From: Macrostomum lignano
Taxonomy: Eukaryota
Assembly: GCA_002269645.1 (NCBI GenBank)
Contig: NIVC01001039.1
Coordinates: 63,372-127,371 of the forward strand
DNA length: 64,000 nucleotides
Direction: 5' to 3'
This document shows positions 11,747 to 24,660 of this stretch, piece by piece. The notes under the pieces were generated by a model. That model was not told where the DNA came from and did not search any database. It worked only from the letters and a program-made list of their open reading frames with translations. The stretch's first letter is position 1; every line of letters begins with the position of its first letter. A program made the position numbers and the translations under genes.

Positions 11747-12867
11747 AAGCATTTTTAGCGAAAATACAATTGTTTTAAGCGAGTGTACTGTACGTTTTGT
11801 ATTGCAGATTTTAAAGGACATGCAGATTAAGAAACAATGTCATCTCACGCATTCTTTACGTACCATAGGTTACATGTGAAGATAATTCAGACTGACATCA
11901 AATAACAAAAGCTTTGCATTAGTTCTTTCAATTTCTTTTAGACTCACAATTAGCTAAAAACTGGAAGTATTTTTTACTGAATCAAAGAACTTAAACCCAA
12001 AAACCGTTTCTTAGGACTGAGAAACTTTTGCAATTATGATTTTACTAAGCTATGCGTGAGAGGCGTTACTTTATTTGCTTAAAAACGTGTGCTGCTTTGC
12101 ATGACATGCTTTGTTTTTATTACTTTGATAACTTGTACAGCTTTGCATGACATGCTTTGTTTTTATTACTTTGATAACTTGTACAGCTTTGCATGATATG
12201 CTTTGTATCTATTACGTCATAACTTGTACAGCCTTGCGTGATATTCTTTATTTTACCAATATACATGGTTTCGGTTTATCGTCAAAAGTTCTGCTTACTA
12301 ATAACCAAATGAATTTACCAGTTAATTTTTTCAAACTGAGTTTCCAGATCGGCATTTTTAACACTGTTTCGATACGAACAAATCATTTTTATTACTTAAC
12401 AATCAATATATAATAGCTGAAATAAAATACATCCGCTAATGCGATATTCGAATTGAATAGAGCTTCGTCACTTGAAACCGGATGGGATGTCTCGGCGATT
12501 CTAGTCGTCTGGGCCGACAAGTTATCGATTTCAGTCGGTTTGGGCCGGAGCTGAACTTCGGGCTCCATTCTGGTGCTTAAGTTGACATCCCCTTTCGCAA
12601 CGCAGAAAACTACACTGCATGGTTCTTGTTACATCCTATAATCTACATTAAACCTATAAAATGATTGATTTATGATTGTAAAATTAGATAGCTGCTCGAA
12701 TTCTGAGCTGGTACCTTTGTTGCTGCAAATGATCGAACTCCGCTGGAAACTTTCCCGGCTGGCAAAGTTCGTAGACCAAATTCATATAGCGTTTTTAGTA
12801 GGGCAAATGCTTGTCATTGGTTCTGTGCTGCTTTTACCTGCCTATTTGTGGATGTACTAGCTTTCCA

Positions 12868-14340
12868 CCAGTGGGTTGATACGGGACTGATACCTGTCCA
12901 TCAGTGGGTATGCTAACTGTCCATCAGTGGGTGTGATACCTGTCCATCAGTGGGTATGCTAACTGTCCATCAGTGGGTGTGATACCTGTCCATCAGTGGG
13001 TATGCTAACTGTCCATCAGTGGGTGTGATACCTGTCCATCAGTGGGTATGCTAACTGTTCATCAGTGGGTATGCTAACTGTCCATCAGTGGGTATGCTAA
13101 CTGTCCATCAGTGGGTATGCTAACTGTCCATCAGTGGGTATGCTAACTGTCCATCAGTGGGTATGCTAACTGTTCATCAGTGGGTATGCTAACTGTTCAT
13201 CAGTGGGTATGCTAACTGTTCATCAGTGGGTATGCTAACTGTTCATCAGTGGGTATGCTACCTGTTCATCAGTGGGTATGCTGACTGTTCATCAGTGGGT
13301 ATGCTAACTGTCCATCAGTGGGTATGCTGACTGTTCATCAGTGGGTATGCTAACTGTCCATCAGTGGGTATGCTAACTGTTCATCAGTGGGTATGCTACC
13401 TGTTCATCAGTGGGTATGCTACCTGTTCATCAGTGGGTATGCTACCTGTTCATCAGTGGGTATGCTACCTGTCCATCAGTGGGTATGCTAACTGTCCATC
13501 AGTGGGTATGCTAACTGTTCATCAGTGGGTATGCTACCTGTTCATCAGTGGGTATGCTACCTGTTCATCAGTGGGTATGCTACCTGTTCATCAGTGGGTA
13601 TGCTACCTATCCATCAGTGGGTATGCTACCTGTCCATCAGTGGGTGTGATACCTGTCCATCAGTGGGTATGCTACCTGTTCATCAGTGGGTATGCTACCT
13701 GTCCATCAGTGGGTGTGGTACCTGCCCATCAGGTGTGCTACGTACCTGCCCATCAGGTGTGCTACGTACCTGCCCATCAGGTGTGCTACGTACCTGCCCA
13801 TCAGGTGTGCTACGTTACGTACCTGCCCACCAGTGGGTGTGATATCTGTTTATTAGTGGGTGTGATACCTGTCCATCAGTGGGTGTGACACCTGTCTATC
13901 AGCATGTGTGCTACCTATCTATCAGTATGTGCTACCTGTCCATCAGACTGTGTGCTACCTGTCTATCAGCGTGTGCTACCTGTCTATCAGCATGTGCTAC
14001 CTGTCTATCAGCATGTGCCACCTGTCTATCAGCATGTGCCACCTGTCTATCAGTATGTGCTACCTGTCTATCAGTATGTGCTACCTGTCTATCAGTATGT
14101 GCTACGTGTCTGTCAGTATGTGCTACCTGTTCTATCAGTATGTGCTACCTGTCCAATGTCCATCAGTGGGTGTGATACCTGTCCATCAGTATGTGCTACC
14201 TGTCCATCAGTATGTGTGTTACCTGTCCTTCAGTGGGTGTGATACCTGTCCATCAGTATGTGTGTTACCTGTCCATCAGTGGGTGTGATACCTGTCTATT
14301 AGTATGTGCTACCTGTCTATCAGTATGTGCTGCTACCTGT
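12868..14340. repeat. 23-bp minisatellite (CTGTCCATCAGTGGGTATGCTAA)n grading into 21-bp variants
   Basis: CATCAG at 13083, 13106, 13129; from about 13880 the unit becomes CTACCTGTCTATCAGCATGTG. Confidence 0.95.
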
Positions 14341-15074
14341 CCAGTAGCATGTGTGCCATTTCCAGTTGCACACAAAGTTGTTAAAAGAACAGAAACAAAG
14401 AATGGAAGGCGAAGCATTTCCGAGAATAAACTTGAAAAGAAGATATAAGCAACGGTAAAAACGCATGTTACGCATGTAATTTGCAGAAGTGGGAGGTGAT
14501 TATTAAGACAAAAAACACACAGGGGATTGCTGTAGAAAGGACAAATGCGACTTAGAATTGGTGCAAGTTGGCAAACGACAAACTGAATATAATAGTACGC
14601 ATAAAGTATTTTCTTGTAGCAAAACAATGCCAAGTGAAATATGAATATAAGCAAAAATGAAATAAGGCAGAGAATAGATAAACTGCGATACAGGCGATCA
14701 CTGTTCGCTCAGAGGCTATTGCGAGAATATAAATGGTGATAATAAATAAATCTAATTAATGCAACGGTAAACTAAATAGCAAATTTTATAGACTGGGACA
14801 TTTAAATGCTAAGATGAATAATGTTTCTATACCTCTCAGAAAGTCACTTAATATAGTATTTAATGTAAACTAAGCATTACTTCAAGCGCATTTTGCACTT
14901 TTGTTATTGTCGTAAATATTTAATATTTATCTATATTTAATAGACGCTGGCGCAGTATGGAGTTCAGTGTATGCAAAGTTTTCTAGGGCCTGGACTCTTT
15001 CAGGGGCGCTAGGAGTTTAGAGTATTTATTAAAATTGAAAAAGCAGATGCGAACTTGAATCACAAGCCAGAGAG

Positions 15075-15545
15075 CATAGCTCCCAGCTTGGGAATGGGAA
15101 AGGGATGGGGAATACTATAGGGACTGGGATGTATCAGGGATGGGATTAGGAATGGGGAATGGGGTGGGATTAGGGAGTGGGGAATGGGATTCATTGGGGA
15201 TGGTATTGGGAATGGGGAATGGGATGGGATTAGGAATGGGGAATGGGATGCATTGGGGATGGTATTGGGAATGGGGAATGGGGTGGGATTAGGGAGCAGG
15301 GAATGGGATGCATTGGGGATGGTATTGGGAATGGGGAATGGGGTGGGATTAGGGAGTGGGGAATGGGATGCATTGGGGATGGTATTGGGAATGGGGAATG
15401 GTGGGATTAGGGAGTGGGGAGTGGGATGCATTAGGGATGGGAATGGGATTAGGGATGGAGAATGGAATGAGATTAGGAATGAATAATCACATTAGATTGG
15501 TAATTGGGAATGGGATAGGACTGGGGATGGGAAATGGGATGGATT
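15075..15545. repeat. Degenerate GGGAAT/GGGAT-based simple repeat
   Basis: Purine-rich short-period repeats with a higher-order ~60-bp recurrence at 15230-15410. Confidence 0.85.
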
Positions 15546-16122
15546 GAAATGGCATGGAATGGGGACGTCATTGATGAGACGGAGACAATGAATAGGATGG
15601 GATTACGGGAATAGATGTAAGTTGGATGAACTGCTCAAATAAGATGAGTCTTGCTTGCTACAATGTGAGCTACAGGCATCTCTGAATCCACCGAGTAACG
15701 TTGACGCGACACCATTGTTTAAGCTGTAGAGAGTAAGATTTGGAATACTAAAATGAGAAGGCAGAGCCGATAAAAAGGCTGACTGGCTGGCAAGTTGTGC
15801 TTCACAAAGACGCTCATAGCGTAAGAGTACACTTACTAGGCTACAGCAGTTTAGAATTGAAACGGGAAGCCGGCAGGATAAATTCGCCTATAAAATTTTA
15901 AAATGAATGCAACAACAATAGTAAATTGAGCTTTTGTATGCAGGTAGGCATAATATAACACTGATTTTCGAAAAATAGGATCGGATATACACAAAAAATT
16001 ATTCTAAAATTGGCTTAATAAAAAAACGAAACGAAACCGGTAGACGTGAAGAATGAGTTGAAAAGCAGGTATGTAAAGCGTAATTAAGAAGTGTTTCAAC
16101 TGTGGCACAGAGCAAAGCTGGT

Positions 16123-17097
16123 TCAGCGACTGGGAGCCTCTTTGGCCAAGGAGGACAGAAATCCCAGCAGCTGGCGGTGGCTGTCGCCCCTGCTAGCCCG
16201 GACCAGATCTCTGTGCAGCAGCCTGTTAGTGCGGGCCAGCTCCCACAGCCGCTGGCCGTGCTGCTCTGGCGACACGGCCTGTTGAAACCGGCGATTATTG
16301 CAGTACATCTGCCACTGCGGCCGCTGGTGCTGCCGATGCTGGTAAGAGTTGACGAACTCCTGTCTGCGAACAAATTGCTGCTGCTGGAAGCAACCACGCT
16401 GTGGCTGATGGTGGAACTGCTGCTTCTGGCGATTGTAATAATTATAAGCACCGCCGGGTGCATAGCCATAGCCGGGACACCTGGAGTTGCCGGCAAAGCT
16501 GCTGCCGAAGCAGTGCGTCAGATTTGTACGACGGTTGGCGCCGATGCCACCTCGACCGCCGCGACAACCAGGCCCGGCGTAGCTCGGTTTGTCAGCACTA
16601 GAGTCCGAAGCCTCCACCGCTGCCTCTGCGTTCACCTCAGCCGGCTCCGCTGGAAATTCTGTTGATGTTTCTTCTGGCCGCTCAACAAAAGCCTCATCAG
16701 CCTGCAGCTGCTCATTGGCTGGCTCGGCCTCCGTTTCAACTGCAGCTTTGAACTCTTCTTTTACAGACTTCTGGTCCGCTTTCTCGGCTGATTTCCGGTC
16801 CAAACTTCCGGCCGCTGAACGCGACAACGAGCCGACAGTCTGCGGCGGCCGATTCTCGATGAACTCCAGCAGCCGTTCGATCTCGTCTGCCCCGCGGTGG
16901 CCGGCCACCTGGTTGGCTGGGAAGGACCGCCTGACCCCAGCCTCCTTCTTCTCTTTGCGCCGCTTTGCATAGCTAACCGTATTGTTGTTGGCGTCGAATA
17001 GTAGCGTCTTGGTTGGAATGCTAGAGATCACCAGCTTGAGAAATGAGCCGTCCTGCTGCAGATCGCAAGAAGAGCCGCTGGCCGCTTTGTTTGCCAT
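16123..17097 (-). CDS. Uncharacterised 324-aa protein (basic motif, GHRGADEIERLLEFIE helix, acidic E/A-rich middle, Q/Y-rich low-complexity tail)
   Basis: Long GC-rich ORF with protein-like composition; splice acceptor TTCTTACAG 42 nt upstream of the ATG (AG at 17140-17141); TGA at 16123-16125. Family not recognised. Confidence 0.7.
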   Translation of the reverse strand: MANKAASGSSCDLQQDGSFLKLVISSIPTKTLLFDANNNTVSYAKRRKEKKEAGVRRSFPANQVAGHRGADEIERLLEFIENRPPQTVGSLSRSAAGSLDRKSAEKADQKSVKEEFKAAVETEAEPANEQLQADEAFVERPEETSTEFPAEPAEVNAEAAVEASDSSADKPSYAGPGCRGGRGGIGANRRTNLTHCFGSSFAGNSRCPGYGYAPGGAYNYYNRQKQQFHHQPQRGCFQQQQFVRRQEFVNSYQHRQHQRPQWQMYCNNRRFQQAVSPEQHGQRLWELARTNRLLHRDLVRASRGDSHRQLLGFLSSLAKEAPSR

Positions 17098-20000
17098 GGT
17101 CCAATATTATAGCTGGTAGCGAAAGTTGAAACCGAAATGCTGTAAGAATTTTCATTTTGACCTTTGACATTCATTATAGGCGTAGCACAAGGAATAAGGT
17201 TTATTTCATAAAAAAATCATTGTACTTTTTTTACCTACAATAGCCTAGGATTCTAAGAGCATTTGTGCATTTCTCATAGCATACCCAGAACACAGTGAAG
17301 AATACTATTTTATGGCTTCTAGTGATTTTGAGCGGATTACAAATAGTATTACATGGACATGTATGCAAAATATATAAATAAACTTTTTTTTAAAAAACTA
17401 GTAAATATTTATTACTAGTCAAAACAATGACAAAATTGTATTTTTTATTACTTGAAATTTAATATAGGCCTATAACCTTAAAAGAAATTATATATATTCA
17501 AGATTATAATAGTCAAGATTATTCCCTGTGTATACTAGATTAAAAAGTAATTATTTTCTGGTTTGTATACTAGAAATCTAAATCTAAAATCTGCTAAAAG
17601 TTTTAATTTTTATGTACTTTGATTAACCTTTATTCATATCTAACCTAATCTATACAAGTTAATATTGTATGTTTAACATTTTTTTACTTGTAAGTTGAAT
17701 CTCAAAAAAATTCAATTATATTTAAGTATATAAATTTTGTCTCCATTTGTTTGTGCATTGACAGTCTTATGACCCAAAAAGATGTCTCTATTCAATTTAT
17801 TAAATGTTAAGCTAAAGGTCTTTTTTTGTACATATTACATGCAGCATTTTTATATATTTGCTACATGCTTCAATGAATTAACAATTTAAATTTAACTTGT
17901 ATTAGATAATAAAAGATATTCATTTTTCTATTAACAAACTGAATACATATGGCAATGCCTTAGTTTTCAACATTGGACTGAACAGCTATATATAGCCTTT
18001 AGATATGCTATACAATAAGTGCAAATAAGCTTTTGGTTCAATATCTGCTTATAAGGTAGGTGTAATCATTTATTAGTTATAAGATACAAACATAGTTTCA
18101 AATAACTTATATTATATTGCCTTACAGATGCATTAAGTTTTTATATATAATTTTAGATTGGCAATTAGGGAATACAAAATCTAAAGTTCTGCCAATCTTG
18201 GGATTTTTAGGATTGGGGTATCCCAGACTTTGAAAATCCTAAGATTATTGGGATCAGGATATCCTAGACTTTTCCTATCCCAGGATCTCAACAAATTGGG
18301 CTGGGATCATAGGATTGAGAAAGTGTCTAATTTTTTTTGGTGCAATTTTGGCTTATGAAGCCATCTAATCTGATTTCAAATGGCTTTTAAACATATAAAT
18401 AGAATAGAATAAAATATTTTGCAAACAAGAAACTGATAGTGAGCTCTAAATTAGTGTGATATATAGACTAGCATATAGACAAGCTTTTTTATATGCCAGT
18501 ATCAGCTCAGGAAAATCACACCTGGTTGTGATAAAACTTGGGGAATGATAGCTTAGACCTATGGCATGAGATACTAATAACAAGATAGGAGATCAGACCT
18601 CACACTCCTAGGGGCACCCACCCTAGATGGAGAATTGGTAGCTTTGGTTATAGTCTAATAGCAAGGTTTAACAAATTGGTTGAAATATATTTTGTGACAA
18701 AGTTGTATAATATCTATGTAAAAAATGTATATTCACAATAATGGCAAAAACACACTTAATATAACACATTGAAAAATTCAATTTGGATGCATAGCATAGG
18801 ACTTGGTTGAGATTGTGTAACTATACTGTTAACTTTAATAGAGACTGGTACTAACTAGAATACCTAAAAATTGATTATGTCTAACTGCTTTGTGTTCTTT
18901 AAACTCTAACTGACTTAGTATAGATATTGAATTATAAGTGATATAAATTTTATTTTTATCCAATAAGAGCTAGCCTAGATATAAACAGGCTGACTTGCTA
19001 ATGTAGCAACTTGAAGTCAAATCTTAGTTATGTATTTTTTATAAAAAGCTTTTAACACAGAGCATTATCATATAAAGGAAGCACCATGTAAAGCATAAAA
19101 GACTAAAATATTACTATACTGGTTGAAAAAAAGATTATTGCATTAGCTGAGACATGGATTATTGCACTAGTAGAAAAAAGGATTTATTGCACTAGCTAAA
19201 AAAGGATTATTACTTTTAATAAGAAAATGACTATTATACTATTTGAAGAAATTGCTATATTCACTTTTTTTTCTAGGGGGATTCTTGCTATATAGGGGAT
19301 AGGCTAAGGATGCTTGCAATCTAAGTGGGGATGCTTTTTATTAGGGGGGATACTTGCTATCTAGAAGAATTGCTAAGATGTTGAGGCTTATAAAGGATTG
19401 CTAAAATTTCTAGGCTTACTAGGGAATCTTTGAGATTTCAAGATTTACTAGGAGAATTGCTGAGGTGTCAAGGCCTATTAGATGAATTATTAAATGAGAT
19501 ATCAAGGCTTACTAAGGGAATAACTAAGATGTTAAGGCTTACTAGGGGAATCAATGAGATGTCAAGGATTATTAGGCCTTAAGAGAATTGCTAAGGCTTT
19601 GAGACCTATTAGAGGAATTGCTATTACTAAGTTAAGGCTTTTTAGAATGGTTTAAATATCAAAGCAAATAGGATTTCCTAAATATTTTTTGTCTTTTGCT
19701 TATTGGATATCTTATTATAGGGGGATAACATGGATAGTCTATATACTAATTTTGTGTTGTTTGTCTATCTGTCTTTCTATTTGTCTATCTATCTTAATTT
19801 TTTTGAATTTTCTGGCCAATTTTTATGAAGTTTTATGATCTTTTGCAATTCTCATTGTAGGCTTGCAATTTAATTGTGGCATTGATCAATATTATCATTT
19901 ACCAACTAGTCTAATAGATGATCAATGAAAGAGTAAAGGTTATAAAGCTAGCTTAAAATTTATCAACACTTAAACTGTTTCAATCTTGTTTGTATTATAT

Positions 20001-21383
20001 TATCTTATGACATACATAGGGCCTAGAGAAAGTAGGCCTAGTGTAGTTGCAGATAAAGACAGTAGCTTAATTTTTTAGAGCCATTTCAATGAAAATATAA
20101 TATAGTTTAGGCCTACTTTTATTGTAATAAAAGCCAGAAAAATAGACCTAGGCCTACTTTTAAAAGTTTTTTTCCTTTTTAAGACAAAACATTTGGCAAT
20201 CTTGCAGTTTGTTTTACATAATTATTTTAAGTTTATTTAAACTTTTACAAATTAGGCCCTATTATTGGCACATTAGATTGACTTAATTACACAAAAGAAA
20301 CTGCAGGATTGCCACATTTTTCTCTTTTTTTGAGTGTATTCTTGCCTAAAATTTTATATAATTTTATTCCAAAGTTTTTTATTGCAAAAATCTATTTAGG
20401 GCTAGGCCTAGTTTAAGTTTTCACTAAATTTGCTTTTTATATATATACTAGCAAATCATGAGACCCTTACTGAAGTCCTTACTAATGTTAAATCTGTCTA
20501 GACTAGATTGGGATCTATAGGCCTAATAAAAAAGAAAGTTTGATATAAAATGGCATTAGATTAAGTTTTTACTTTACTTTAAATTTGAATAACATATACC
20601 TTATCCTTAGTTACTACTCCTTTGGAGGATCTCCTCTTCACTATATAATGGATGGTAGGTCTTTATTATTGACAATACTGTTATACATACAAAAAATTTA
20701 TTCAGAGTTTAGACTTAGGGCCTAGGCCCATGCCACATTGTCAATTGACATTGTTATTAGGCCCTACATCATTAGGCCTAATTAACCTAGCTCTATAATA
20801 ATGTAATGTTTAAATGACTAAAAACAAGACAGTACAGTAGTACTAGTATACAATAGGCGGCACTGCCGCAGGCTTCGACCAAGGCCCTAGCTTTGTATCC
20901 GCCATAAACTACAAATAGATTGTAAGACTGTCGAATATGATGACATGACACAACAAATGAATGAATGATGTATTTGAATGCTTGATAACAATGTATAACG
21001 ATAGGTTTGCGCGACTTGAAGTAATGATGCAATAACACTAGGCTAGCAAAGTAAAAATTCTTTTCTGCTATTAAAAATGGCCTGTACAAGACGACATGCT
21101 TCGATTGATCCCGCTGCGGCCCACCGGCGCTAAGACCGCGGCGTCGGCTCTGATCAAATTATCTTTTTTGTACAAACAATTGCTTAAAGATTTCTTTAAT
21201 CAACATACATTTATGCAATAAAACAAACCTATATACAAAAAACAATTGTTTTTACTTTTTGCTACAGATTTAATTACCTATTTATAGTTACATTAAAATT
21301 AACTTTTTTAATTTAAAAAACCTTACATAAACCCTTTAGTTTAAGCTATTCTAAGAAAATTAGCTGAATGTCAGGACTCAGGA

Positions 21384-23936
21384 CCCTAGATGAAGTTCTG
21401 TTCACTCATTCTTGGCAGATCTGTTCTTACTTAAATTTCTTAACAGATCTGTGAATTTTGGTTAACATTCTTAACAGATCTGTTTTTACTTAAATCTCTT
21501 AGCAGATCTGTATCTGCTTTTGTCTTACAAGATCTTACTGCAAATCTTTGCAAGCCATTTTTTATTGTTTGGTACGTTAAAAACTTTCGTGATTTTTTAG
21601 AAAATACTTCTTAGGTAAAGAGAAAACAAAATTTCCAACTGTATATCAGAAAAAAGACTTTCATATATTTTCACATTTTTCTGCTGGATCTTGTCAGATC
21701 AGTTCTTGCAGATCTGTACAGACCAGTTTTGAAAAGTGTCTGAATTGTTTTTTCCACAAAATATTTAACTTAATAGTAATTACGTTTGTTTAATGATTTT
21801 TATTTATTTTAGTTGTTCTTTTGGCAGCCAACAGTAAATGAATTTGTTTAAATATTATTTCCGCAGTTCTGAACATAGTGCACCCATATGGTTGGAATTC
21901 TCGCTCTTGCAATTTATCCATCCATCTCAGTTCTTTCTTTTGACTTAGCCGAATACGTAATTTTTAATTCCTTAAATTGTTTCATAGTGTGGTATCACTA
22001 TTTTTTAGCCATAATAACTTTGTTGATTGAGTATAGCTATGGCTTTAAATGAAGAGCAGATCGCGTCATCAATTAAAAAAAAGTTTGACATAATTGACAG
22101 ACTGACTATAAAATGTATGCTATATATATATCTATATCTATATATATATCTAGGCTTGTCTCCTACTCCCAGGCCTATAAGTATGAGTAGGCCTAGGCCT
22201 ATGACTTTGTTCTATGCTTTAATAAAAACAGAATGCATGTCTAGACCTAGCGATATTGTCCATTAATAATTCATTATTCCATTACCATTAATAATTCAGA
22301 AATTCAGTTACATAGATCAGTATTTTTGTAGTCTTTTGCATTTCATTAGGCCCTATATTATATTTATACATACATACCTAGTTCTAGCCCCTAGGCTAGG
22401 GCTAGGCTAGTTCTAGTGACCTAGCTAGTAAGTAAATCTTAATTAAATAGGTCTACTTTGTTTTTGTTTGTTTTATAAATGCTTATCTAGATTTATAAAT
22501 AGGTAGACTGACATATCTATAAAACTTGGTTTTAATCCCTCCTTGATTTTAAACACTTAGGTTAAGAGTGTAATGTCTACTTTTAGTAAATAGTGTTATA
22601 ACTAGGCTTATCATTTTTATTTTAAAATAAAATAGGCCCTATTCTACTAAAAATTGTAATTGCTATATAGGGTATAGTTTTTATGAATTATAATTAAACC
22701 TGGATGCTTAAATATAGGCTTATGGTTGTTAGAAAGTTATCTTAAGCCTTGACCTACTATTTGAAGAATATATATAGGCATATTAAAATCTAAAAGTATT
22801 TATGCTAGATAGGCCTAGATGAATAATATGAAAAATATAGAGTAGAAGAAAAACATAGGTCTAAATTTAATTAGACCATAGAACTTTTACAAAAGTTATT
22901 ATTCTAACTATTTAAAAATATAACAACAATATTTGTTTTATATTTTAGTTATTTTGAATTGAATATTAATGTTTATAATCCCAGAACTTTACTACAATTT
23001 TCCCTTTCATTCATGCTACTTTACATGGTCAATATGGCATTACTACTTATGGGTTCCAAGCTTGTCTTTATACCAAGTGGCAAAGTGGCAAGCATCCTAT
23101 GATTGCTAAAAGAAAAAATGAAGCCAGCCTAAAGTAAAAATGCAACATGATAAAGAGCCCTAAATTATTACTAAGAGCTCTTATAGACCTACTTTTATTG
23201 ATAACAAAGTAAGCTTTCTAGCAATATTGACTTTAAAATCTTTCAGTACTGGACTCTTTCAGTTTCAATTATTTGCAAACCAATTTAATTGTACATTGTA
23301 GTAAAAGATGCACCTGGTTTTTTTTCAAATGTTTCTGCTTCTATTTTTTAGTTGCTAAAAGTATTGCTCACCCTAATTTCATTAGTCCATTGTACCATTA
23401 GTATTTCTTCTATTGAATGTGTGCTTAACTTTTGTTTTGAAGTTGACTTATTTTTTGCTTGTGCTATTTCCCTTGTGCATACAAGTTTTATTTCATGAGC
23501 ATATGTGTATTTGTTTACATTTTCACAAATAAATATGTCTACTTTATTTTGATTGTTCAATGACATTTGCTTTTGTTCTGGCAGCTTACTAGCACAATAC
23601 TAAAAGTGCAGAATCAAATAAGAAAGTCCTGTCATAACTCGTGTTCTTTATTGGAATTAGATTAGTGCATTGGGGTTTTATAAATGGATTACTAAACAGA
23701 TCTGGGAAGATTTGATAAGACGGACAATGCATTCAATTGGTAAAGCTTAATACATCTTACAAGATCTGCCCAGATCTTCTAAGATCTGCTTGTGCAGACC
23801 GTGCAAGATCTTCCTGCAGATCTTGTAAGTTCTGCCTATATATTTAAATAGTGCAGATCTGTTACGTTCTTGCAAGAACGTAGCGAGAAGCTCCAGACAG
23901 ATCTGCTAAGAAATGGCATGACGATTTCATCTAGGG
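21384..23936. mobile_element. Non-autonomous CMC/EnSpm-type DNA transposon (2553 bp)
   Basis: Perfect 11-bp TIR CCCTAGATGAA / TTCATCTAGGG; 2-bp TSD GA; many subterminal CAGATCT(G) motifs at 21416-21722 and 23696-23905; no ORF. Confidence 0.8.
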
Positions 23937-24477
23937 GAGTTAAGCAGACTTTTTACCTCATGGACCAGCTTCAGCTAGATAAAGAATCTAGCTCATGGCT
24001 GCGAGTCAGATGAGAGGGGGAAGGAGAGGGAATAGAAGAGTTAAATGAAAATGCATGCCCTGATTAGGGTTCATCTTTGGTATCCAAAAATTAAATCTTG
24101 AACTCTTGAGAATAAGATTTTAACTTCCCGTTACGTCTGAAATGTTTATTCACAATGCAGTTTCTTGCATTCATTTTTTGTGGTATTGATTCGTAAGAAT
24201 ATTTGGTAAAATATCATATATAAAAATCAGCAACCCTGCTTTTACTTGACTCGTACAGGAATGAATTACAGGTAGCTGCAGGGGGTCCGGGCATCGATGC
24301 AGCGTGCAGCGAGGAGGCGCGTTACATTGCCGCCAATTTCGCTACCCTGGGCGAATTAGAACCATCGGCGTGCGCATTTAATGATGATGTTGATAAGGAT
24401 AATAATTAAAAAGAATAAAAAGAATAATAAAAAAGTTAGAAACGAAGAATTGGGGTCTATGACATTTGCTAGCAGGT

Positions 24478-24660
24478 AATCTGCTAGCCGAAGTTTGCTA
24501 GCCGAAATCTGCTAGCCGAGGTTTGCTAGCCGAAATTTGCTAGCTGAAGTTTGCCAGCAGGAATTTTGCTAGCAAGGATTTAGCTAGCCGAAATCTGCTA
24601 TCGAGAATCCACCAAAACCGGCAAGCAGCAATTTGGCTAGCCGAACTCAGGCAGTTGTAG
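24478..24660. repeat. Degenerate GCTAGCCGAA-core tandem repeat
   Basis: About 8 imperfect copies of TGCTAGCCGAA. Confidence 0.7.

Larger units (their letters stand above)
7289..12592 (+). mobile_element. PHIS-superfamily (Spy/ISL2EU-like) DNA transposon, 5304 bp, long TIRs, no TSD, flanked by AAA|TTT
   Basis: Left end GGGGATGTCAACTTAAGCACCAGAAT at 7289 is the reverse complement of ATTCTGGTGCTTAAGTTGACATCCCC ending at 12592. TIR similarity extends about 190 bp (12404-12592 vs 7289-7404 plus 8504-8577). Flanks are cgAAA and TTTcg. A DDE transposase ORF lies inside. Confidence 0.88.

Noticed and set aside
14945-15020. TGGCGCAGTATGG as a tRNA A box
   Set aside because: No convincing B box or cloverleaf follows.
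15075-15545. Interstitial telomeric repeat
   Set aside because: TTAGGG occurs only sporadically within a GGGAAT-type degenerate repeat, not as a tandem array.
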